Source: Bugula neritina (Eukaryota > Animalia > Bryozoa). From it: 64,000 nucleotides of DNA. Of this stretch, positions 54,801-64,000 are shown one piece after another. Numbering within the stretch: the first letter of the stretch is position 1; every line of letters begins with the position of its first letter. The stretch spans positions 1,003,680-1,067,679 of the forward strand of contig OZ037767.1 in NCBI GenBank assembly GCA_964035545.1. The letters are read 5' to 3'. Both the position numbers and the translations under genes were made by a program. The notes under the pieces are model-generated. The model was given only the letters and a program-made list of their open reading frames with translations, did no database searches and was not told the DNA's origin.

Positions 54801-57164
54801 ACAACATAGACAAAGAAATATCAAAGTTTAGGGAACTAAGGCTAAGAGAAGAACCGAGAACATCTTATCTAAAGTTAGACTGAGACCTGGGCACAGCAGA
54901 AGGCCAGTATTCCCAGCTGTGGGTAGACAACTACCAATGAGATGCTCATCAGACACTTGATTATAAGGGCTATACCTTCGAGGATTGCCTAAAAATAGAA
55001 GACAACTTTAAGTAAATACAGAACTCTCTTATGCCCATAACACACTACAGTCGAAACGCGACTGTGGCGGCCATTTTGGAGCTGCTTGCGCATGCCTTCA
55101 ACGTCACGTCCTACTTTTTGCTGGTCACACTACAGTTCACTACGAACGATGAAAGCTAACTGTCTCTAGTCTCGCAGTAAACTTTTAAACCAATAGGAAT
55201 GCCATAAACCAGTTTCTGCAGTATCCACAGTAACCAACAATTAATCTTAGCGCAATTTTTTGAGATTTACTAGCATAATTTAATAAGATTTTCTAGTTAT
55301 TTTTATTCTAATTTACTAGCTTCAATTATTCAAAATTACTAGCTTTATTTAATGATATTACTTAGCTTTATTCAAGCTCATTCACTAGCCTAAAGAACTA
55401 AATAGTTATAGTACGCTAATAAAATTCAACCAAATTAGAAAAACTAAATATGCAGATAAAATTTAGCAAAATTTATCTAATGAATACTTATTTTCATGAT
55501 TTATTGAAACTTTCATACATAACTTCATCATAATTATTTTAAAAGTAAATTAATATAATTTTCGAAGAACCAAATCAAATAATAATGCTCGCTAGTAGCA
55601 CGTGGAAAAAGTAAAAGCACTTAACCAATCAGGGTTTACCTGGCCAGTCAGTGATTGGCTGATCGCTCAACTTCAGCGATGACAGTTGAACATGTTGAAC
55701 TTTCATCGCATCGCGAAAAACTGACAGTTGCGTTCAGAAATCAGACAGTTGTGACGTCAGAGAGGTCATCGCTTAGCCTCGAAAACGCGTTCAAGATGGC
55801 CGTTTTGACTGTAGTGTGGCAGCCCCATTAAAACTGTTTGAAGTTGGCAAGTATTCAAACTAATACAACATTGCGTTGCTTATCGTACAAAGCATTGTCA
55901 CAATTCCTCTCTAAATATTTATCATAAAGTCATGGTAGATTCTCTCTCATTAAGCAATACTTACTCTAAATCTAACATATAGCAGTTTCTGTCCAATAAC
56001 ATATACTGGTTCACTGCACATTTCCAAGATGGCCGACAAACTAAAGCAGACGACTCCAACTTTATATGAGTAAACATATTCAATAGGAGGTGGTTCCAAG
56101 TGATATAACCAGATATATGATAGGACACAGGACACTATAGCTCCTACGATGGGCCTGTGAAAAGAATGCATAGTGAGACATACAATGAAAGGAGTAAAAA
56201 ACAGTGAATTTATAATTCAAATATAAGAAAAACACAACAATGAAAACAATATTGATTATGCAAAATGCTTTCAACTTAAATATATTAAAATGACTTTATA
56301 TATATTATATGTAACTTTATATAATATAGAAAGTATAAAAATAATACATTATATTATATACTGAATACTTTCAACAGGTAACTATAGCTTAACTCTTTGA
56401 AGAAAACTTTGCATTTTCAAATCAACTTCATCCCAAATGTTTACTGCAAAGTAACTAGCAAGAGCTTATCTTATATACAAAATTTTACCCCCAAAACTTT
56501 TTGTATCATTAACTTTTTTCTGTGAAGTTATATCATTAACTTACGAACACCAAGCTATATTCACAACTTCTTGGTAGGAGATTCGTTCTGGAGTTTTGGT
56601 TAGACAAGCTTTCCTGAAGGGTTCCCTGCCCACAAACAATATTGTGGAGTAGAGAAGTGTTAACCTGCAATAGTCATCAAAATGAGTCAGCGGTTATAGA
56701 CTGACATTAGACAAGTCACTTTTAAATTGCAGTATGAATTTGTTCATAAACAAAAGCAATGTTGTTTGTAGAAAAATGTTTATTTGATAAATAATGTTTT
56801 GCAAGGCTGAAATCAGGCTATAGAATACATAACATTAATCCAAACTCACCTAACATTTACAATGCCCAGAAGGTCCTTAGTTATATACCTCAAAAGGATT
56901 GCGTTGATTATAAAGGTTAGCACTCTGAACATAAGCTACAAGGATTCAAATACTGCATTTATTATTAAGAATAAATTGCATGTAACCATACAGTACATTT
57001 GCACATTATGCAACTGCATTGTGTGTATCACATAATAGCCTAACTACCTGAAGTACGATGTTATATGATGCAGCTCTAGCAACACTGGTCATCAAATCTT
57101 TATGTTTACTATCATTAGTATCTGTCGAGTGTAAATGCTTGTGATCATTGCTATCTGGTGCCAT
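51881..57164 (-). CDS. RFT1: RFT1 (Man5GlcNAc2-PP-dolichol translocation protein), 13 coding exons
   Basis: Exons 57164-57048, 56935-56850, 56664-56545, 56154-55965, 54988-54887, 54190-54065, 53832-53754, 53554-53373, 53232-53088, 52907-52802, 52718-52590, 52324-52204 and 52051-51881. Motifs: [94 protein letters not shown]. Confidence 0.95.
53565..53748. repeat. Degenerate ~22-bp repeat (GGATRTKACATCACAA) filling RFT1 intron 7
   Basis: Recurrent ACATCAC cores. Confidence 0.75.
55041..55818. mobile_element. Non-autonomous TIR element (MITE-like, 778 bp, CAC...GTG ends) in RFT1 intron 4
   Basis: Left end CACACTACAGTCGAAACG matches the reverse complement of the right end, CACACTACAGTCAAAACG, at 17/18 positions. 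GGCCAT(T/C)TTG is subterminal at both ends, the ends are CpG-rich and the centre is AT-rich. No clean TSD was seen. Confidence 0.7.
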
Positions 57165-57833
57165 ATCATCACCGGCTGAAATAAAAAATGGTAAATCATC
57201 ATTAAACATAAACTCGAACACTAGCAATAACATCCGTTTGCATTATTATTTAAATTACATTGATGAACAAACATTAATTGATTACTAGCAATAGAACATA
57301 TACTAATAAAAATACTGATATTCATTATGCAAATATCAACAGAGCTCGGGGGCCAAAGGTCATTCTGATTTACTCATCATGATTATGTTGAGCAAGACAC
57401 CATACCCAAGGGCCAAGATTCAAGTTGCCAAACATGTTGATTTTGCAATACTTTGTCAATTACATTATCGATTCGTAAACATATCAAAATGAATGCAACA
57501 TTGTAATACTAAATTTAAATTTATACTTTATATCATATTTAATATAATGTTAATCTGAATTAAAATAAAAATTGCCACCCAAATTGAAACTCAAATTGAA
57601 TACTTTAACTTTTAGACTTTGAGTTTGAATTTAATTTAGCATTCCAACATGTGAACAACAGCTATCAGTTATGTCGGTTCAAATAGAACAAAGTAACTAA
57701 ACAAACTTGTTTAAAATCAAGACTTTTTTAAAACGTTAGCCTAAGCAAGAAATGCGCACAGGAGATAACAATAATATTTCTGTTGCAATTCATTCATCAT
57801 TCACCCTTATCAATTAGTTCCTAACTTCTGAGT

Positions 57834-57882
57834 TGGAAAAATCCAGTGTGGTATATTTAATATACCACACTGGAAAAATCCA
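57834..57882. repeat. 33-bp near-perfect palindrome overlapped by a 12-bp direct repeat
   Basis: TCCAGTGTGGTATATT-T-AATATACCACACTGGA at 57842-57874; TGGAAAAATCCA at 57834-57845 and 57871-57882. Confidence 0.9.
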
Positions 57883-58063
57883 AAGTGACAAAAGTACTCA
57901 CTTGAATCGTTGACAATATAAATAATAGACCTAAGTTCACCAAAGCAATTTTTTCGTATAACACGACGTGTTTAGCTTGGATTTAACCAAATAATTAATT
58001 GAGACGCGATTAAATCATATAATTATATGGGCGCGTACGTTGTTGTTTACATTAGATTCCATC

Positions 58064-61000
58064 ATGGCGAGGCAAAAAAGTGACTGGGTGTACGACGAAC
58101 TGTTAAGCTATGTGGGGAGTCCATTATTTCAGGCTCCTGTCATATCATTCATGGAATCGAATTGCTTGAGTATGCTTTTATTTGTGTACAATACCTAAAA
58201 CTGTTCATACTTTACCTAAGAATTACTAGTACTGGAAGTGAGGAAAACTCCCATTATCATTATGATAATCAGATTAACTGATAGTGATTATGATTATCGA
58301 TTTCATTATGATTCTTTATCTTAAACTTAGTCAATTATCATTCATGTTAATGTTTACATTTTGCTTTTGTGTTTTATATATGTTTGTAATTTTCGCAAAC
58401 ATTATTCTAATATAAATTTAAATATAGCTATTGATAAATGCGTTATTATTAATATTATAATTATTTTTCTCATGGTGATGGTTAGTTACTCACTCTCAGT
58501 GTGTTAGTATGTTTAGAATGTTAAAAAATTCAATCATTCAATCACAATGACAATGCTCATTAAATTGTAAATATTGTTTTATTTTAAAGATTATCACATT
58601 CACTGTAAGCGTAACAAAATATTTTTTATTATCAATTTTTATTGGCAGTTTAATTTTTGAATAAAAAACTGCCAATAAAAATCTTTGTCCCAAAAAAAAT
58701 CTTTGGAATAGTAAAATGATAATTGATATTACTAGTGATCTGAACATTTTTTTACTAATAAGTATGTCATCTTTTTATTTCAGAGTTACTGGAAGTTTTA
58801 AATTTTGTTTTAATTTATAAAAAGTTTTTGAATTAGTATTAAAGATCGAAAAGTGAATTTTATAGTATCTGATCATTATTATGTTGAACTTATACATTTA
58901 TTCTTATTCTTGGATTTTATTTCGTAGTATTTGATCCATCCCTAGAAGATTGTAAAGAATATCGAGAGCTTCATGGAGCTTATTGTGCTCTGGTGAGTTT
59001 TGTAACCTGATGACTTTTATGTTAGAAATGACACTTTTACTGACTCTGTTCCACTTCTTGCACATAAATTATTATATGCTGTACAGCTGTTGGTAGCAAT
59101 GTGCTTTGTGTCTAAAGCAATAAGCTTCTAGCTGTAACTCTGTGATCTTGAGTGAAACTTGCTTGAAATCTCTCATCACGTTATAGCCTTAAGATGACTC
59201 ATGGATTTGAGTGAAAAGTATTGTAGTTATTCTACTAAAAATTAATTTACTAATCAATAAATTTGATTGTAGCTATTTTGGTTGCTTTCAGTTGTTTTAC
59301 ATAGAATAACATATTTCATGTCTGACAGGTTACCGTTCTGTTAGACGCATTTAGACAAGACACCAAGCTCACCCATGACCAGGTGATCAAAGCTATGACT
59401 GAAATGAGTCGTAAAACTGAGTTGCGGGCCGTCTTTTCTGTAAGTCATGCACTTTCTTTGTACAGCGAAATTCTGATAAAATTTAGTTGTAAGTCAACAA
59501 ACTAGGAGCTTTTCATTCATTTTGAATTTTCTTGTAGCAAAGATTAAATTTATTCTAGGGTTTGTTTGAGCTCATCTTGGCCACAGAGAGTTTTACTTTG
59601 TTTTCTCGGCTGATGACTCAGAAGAATCTAGAACTGCAGCAGCAGGCCCTCTTATTGATTATGAAGCAGTACGGGCAGATACCAGAAGTCCTACAAACAG
59701 CTAAACCTGAGGCTGCCTCTCAGCCTAAAGCCTCCGGTATGTATTGGATTATGCATTGTGATTTATCATTAATCTATTATACTGGTGAGAAATTATACAC
59801 TCATTTGCACAGTGGGTATTGATGAGTCAATTATGAAAGGTTTTATGTTTATTCAAATGTCATTGTTAACTAGCACAAAGCATTATGGGTAAACTGTTAA
59901 CTAATTAGTTTAGTATCTGCTGACGATATTCTTCATTTTATCAGCAGCTGAAAACCAAACTCCAGCTGTGAAGGCGGTAAAGGAAGAAGATGCAGAAGTA
60001 CTTAATTCTGTAATTAGGTAAGACTTCCTTGTGATTAGTCAGCTAAGACTATAGAATGCATATGACAGCAACTTTACGCTGACTTCATGTCAGTACAATA
60101 GTCACACTGCAGAGGCAAAGCTAATGGCACAATTTTAATTCAATTTTGAAATAATATTTTGCAACAATTTTTATACAATTTTGATTTTTCACTTATTTGA
60201 ATTTTCAAAATAAAAGTGAGTTTTATTTCAGATCAACTGAAAAGAGTGCCGCAGCAAAACCTACCAAAGAAGATGAAGAAATGAAGAAAGTGGCTGTTGC
60301 AGAAGCAGCACTTATAAAGGCAGAGTCGAATAAAGAGCAGCAAAAACTGGAGCAGGTGAATAGCCGTCAGTCTGTAACATGGTTCACTCTACACTAACTT
60401 ATGCACTTAGATGCTATTCATGACTCATCCTGAATTATAATGACTTTTATTCAATATGAAATATATTTTAGTTTTCAAGTTAGCTCAGCAAAATAAAGTG
60501 AAATACATTCTCTTGCTTGAATACACAGAACTTAACTAAAATATAGTAAAGTATAAGCAGTACTATAGTTGCTTTTTATTTAAATTTAGTCATTTGAAAT
60601 GAATATTTGAAAAGTAGATGTACTGCTTATTGAACTTTAGGCTATGAAGGATTTGATGTTAGACAAGCAGCCATCTGAAGAGTCAAAAGTGACTAAACAC
60701 TCAGTTCCTGTGACTAAACCGGCTCTACCACGGTTGACCAATCACGCTGCAGCTCTACCCACTCCGACCCAGTCTCAAAAACCACCAGTTAAGGTAGTTA
60801 CCTGAAATAGAATGTTTTCATATTGCGTTTAGATTTTTTCAGCAAAATCAGAAAATCTGCAGTATTCTGATTTAAAATAAATACTTCATCAACAATTATG
60901 AGTTGGAAGGAAGTTCTTATAGCAGAATACTTATCTTAATTTTACAAAAGTTTCTGTATTGCAGTTTCTAGTTGTTATTGCTAGTTATTGCTCTATCTTT

Positions 61001-62357
61001 AGTGTAGTTGATGTCATCGCAGGTAAATTTCATAATGTGCAGGTAACTAAGACTGCACCAGTAGGAGACGGTGATGCCGCATCTCTGTGGATAGCCGAGG
61101 CTAAGGCAGAGAATGACCATGAGACGGTGACAGCAGTTCAAACGGCAGCGGTATGTGTAGCTTTATTTGATGTGTATTATAGTGTGCTAGTGTGTGTATT
61201 ATCACTATATGATTGTATTATAGTGTGCTAGTGTGTATATTAGCACTATTTGATGTGTATTATAGTGTGCTAGTGTGTGTATTATCACTATATGATTGTA
61301 TTATAGTGTACTAGTGTGTGTATATTATTACTATATGGTTGTATTATAGTGTACTAGTGTGTATATTAGCACTATTTGATGTGTATTATAGTGTGCTAGT
61401 GTGTATATTAACACTATATGATTGTATTATAGTGTACTAGTGTGTATATTATTACTATATGATTGTATTATAGTGTACTAGTGTGTATATTATTACTATA
61501 TGATTGTATTATAGTGTACTAGTGTGTATATTATTACTATATGATTGTATTATAGTGTACTAGTGTGTGTATTAGCACTATATGATTGTATTATAGTGTA
61601 CTAGTGTGTATATTATTACTATATGGTTGTATTATAGTGTACTAGTGTGTATATTAGCACTATTTGATGTGTATTATAGTGTGCTAGTGTGTATATTAAC
61701 ACTATATGATTGTATTATAGTGTACTAGTGTGTATATTATTACTATATGATTGTATTATAGTGTACTAGTGTGTATATTATTACTATATGATTGTGATAC
61801 AATATGCTGTTATTTGTTATAAAGGCTACGTTTTCTCAAATGCCGGCTGACGAATTGCAGAAGCGGCAAAAATACCTCCAAGAACAAAGACAAAAATTAA
61901 CTGCAATGAAACAGAAGGTAAACCATTGGCTGTTTCTGTATTAGGAGTTGTCTAATTTCTCATAAATGTTCTCAAAACAGGTTAACAGCTTAAATAAATT
62001 ATTTAGTTTTTTTTTAGAAAATCCAGGATTGTCATGTGTTATTGGTATTTTAAAATAACAATAATTAGAGTATAGAGTTTATGAGTTGATTAGAGTGTTT
62101 GTATTTCACAGGACAATTTTGTGCTCAACTTTTGAACTGTAAAGATAGATAGTTATTATTTTCAGGAAAGAGAAAAGCAGTTGGAAACATACGAGAAGAC
62201 AACTACCAGTAGACCAAAATCTGCAAGAGTAGCTCGCTCAGCCCTTAGTCGGGCTCCAGAGTCAATGCCCGCTGAGTCTGACGAAAAGAAAAAAGAGCTA
62301 GACATGCGAAAGGCAATTGCAAACCGTCTGAAAGCAGAAGTTCTCGGTAAATTTTAG
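58064..62357 (+). CDS. CFAP36: CFAP36/CCDC104 (BART-domain ARL3 effector, ciliary), 10 coding exons
   Basis: Exons 58064-58169, 58928-58992, 59329-59439, 59559-59736, 59945-60017, 60232-60355, 60641-60793, 61043-61150, 61825-61917 and 62166-62357. BART-like N-terminus DWVYDELLSYVGSP..SFMESNCLIFD, then FSRLMTQKNLELQQQAL, ELQKRQKYLQEQRQKL, and C-terminal RKAIANRLKAEVL. Confidence 0.88.
61160..61795. repeat. 34-36-bp minisatellite (TGTATTATAGTGTACTAGTGTGTATATTA..ACTATATGAT) filling CFAP36 intron 8
   Basis: About 18 copies running almost from donor to acceptor. Confidence 0.97.
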
Positions 62358-64000
62358 CCCGGCTTTGCCTGTATATAGTATAGGAGCTTTGTTGAAGGAG
62401 TTAGTCTGTGATATAAATACACCTGATGCTTTAAAAGCTGATGTTTGATTTAGAGTATTGAAACTGATTTAGCTTTAGTTCTAATGCTTTGCGATGTGAT
62501 TAGTCAAATATTCTTGTCTAAAAGTCTCCAGAGAGACAATTTCCAACTTGTGTTGATATCTTCAACTAAGTCACTTACTGATGTAAAAAACTCTCAAATG
62601 TAAATTCCTAATCGTCTTTCACAACAATGCAGCAAGCTGCATTGTATACATAAGAAATAGAATAGGAAGTTAAATTATAATAATTTTGGTTTTATCTTTA
62701 TTTTCAGAAACTCGCCGATTTTAAATAGAAACTTTTGATTTTCATTGTAAGTTCGATCTAGGCTATTTTTCTATTTATTTCTTGTGCCCCATACTTTCTA
62801 TTAGTTATTTATTTATTGTTTTACACACACAGTATTTAGTTGGCATTGATTATGTACACTCTGTATGACTAGTGTTTACTCGTCATCTGTATTGTCATTT
62901 CGCTAATCATTATATGTGTATAATGTCTCATCCATGTTGCAATATGGCTGTCCAATATATACTTGTAATGAACCAGCCATGTTCCAATATGGCAATTCTA
63001 TTTTCTAGCATTTCATTGTGCTTCTCTTTTCTTTGCTGATCTCTGTTTATTGTGTTGTCACCATTCTGTCCATCTTAACTTACAACTTGTCTGTCTGGCA
63101 ATGCTGGACCAAGAAATTTTATCTTATGTTCACAAAATATTATAGTTTATATTTTTATTTGAGTAATGTATTGTAATTAATTTATAATTTCCTCTCAAAA
63201 GATTTTTTTTACTACTGCTTCTCACTTTAAAATAAAATCAACAATATTTTGACACTTGAATAACATGACTAGTTTTAATTATATGGTTTCATTTATAATA
63301 AAGCTATAATTTCTCGTGAGCAGAAATCATTTTGACATGCAAATTGATATCATCAGCAGACTTTCATAAGTGACATGCTTTTATTGCCATGTCCATTTCC
63401 ACAAATCAATAATTAGCATTTTAAACATAACACTAGTAAGTTTATTTTATAAAGCTGACTGAGTCATTATTATGCAACATTATCAAAGGCTTCACGACTG
63501 TGCACTGGACAGATGTTGTCCCCTTCCATGATACACTAGAGCTGAGTTGATTGTGAAATGATTGAAATAAGCGGTAGTGAACATTTCAGTATAGCATTCC
63601 AGCAGCTATACTAGTATTATAGGGCAGAGGGATTGGAAGACGAAGTCTATGTTATGCATGACTTGAATAGTGAAAATAGATTGATGTTCCATTATTAAAT
63701 AGCTCCTTGAAATTGGCTCCTTGAAGCTTATGGTTTCAATAATATAAACATTTTCCACATCAAATGGGAACTTATCTCATTACAGGCTAATCATTTTGAA
63801 CTTAAACTGGTTTTAAAAAATGCTATACACAACTAGAATCTGATGTTAGCACAGTGTTTAACGTCCCTCCTATGGGACTCAATTCACTAACATCTATTCA
63901 CAATTTCCTGTCAATCAGAAAAGTTATATTGATTTTAATTCTCTTTTATGGAGCACTGATTACCCTTCATCAGCATAGAGTTTTGGAGTTGAAGAACACA

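Noticed and set aside
63480-64000. Possible terminal exon(s) of a minus-strand gene continuing beyond the window
   Set aside because: Only a short open frame after a weak acceptor, with no recognisable product.

Overview
AT-rich, intron-rich animal genomic DNA; gene content and composition suggest an invertebrate, possibly a lophotrochozoan, but this is inference only. There are no prokaryotic features. I reconstructed 11 spliced protein-coding genes by hand, with consistent splice phases: GPR180/TMEM145-like (-), Pellino (+), an orphan single-pass membrane protein (-), DDX39/UAP56 (+), an isthmin-like AMOP protein (+), a divergent CHST15-like sulfotransferase (-), a PPC/DUF296 protein (-), ARL6IP4 (-), HAAO (+), RFT1 (-) and CFAP36 (+). 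Eight of them form four head-to-head pairs. Mobile DNA includes a solo LTR with a 5-bp TSD, a TIR element and short palindromic elements, and there are many minisatellites. Four patterns stand out. (1) Many intronic tandem arrays are amplified copies of the adjacent splice junction itself, giving trains of decoy donors or acceptors. Some have the AG changed in nearly all copies, some form AG|GT ratchet-like sites, and some offer in-frame alternatives. (2) A cryptic 6-bp periodic A(C/G)T-NNN tract lies next to each CpG-rich promoter core. (3) One DDX39 intron is non-repetitive and packed with branch-point motifs, internal splice sites and a poly(A) signal, so it looks regulatory. (4) The PPC gene has no evident promoter and could be operon-like with, or spliced in frame to, ARL6IP4. 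Most entries in the ORF track are exon fragments or repeat artefacts.
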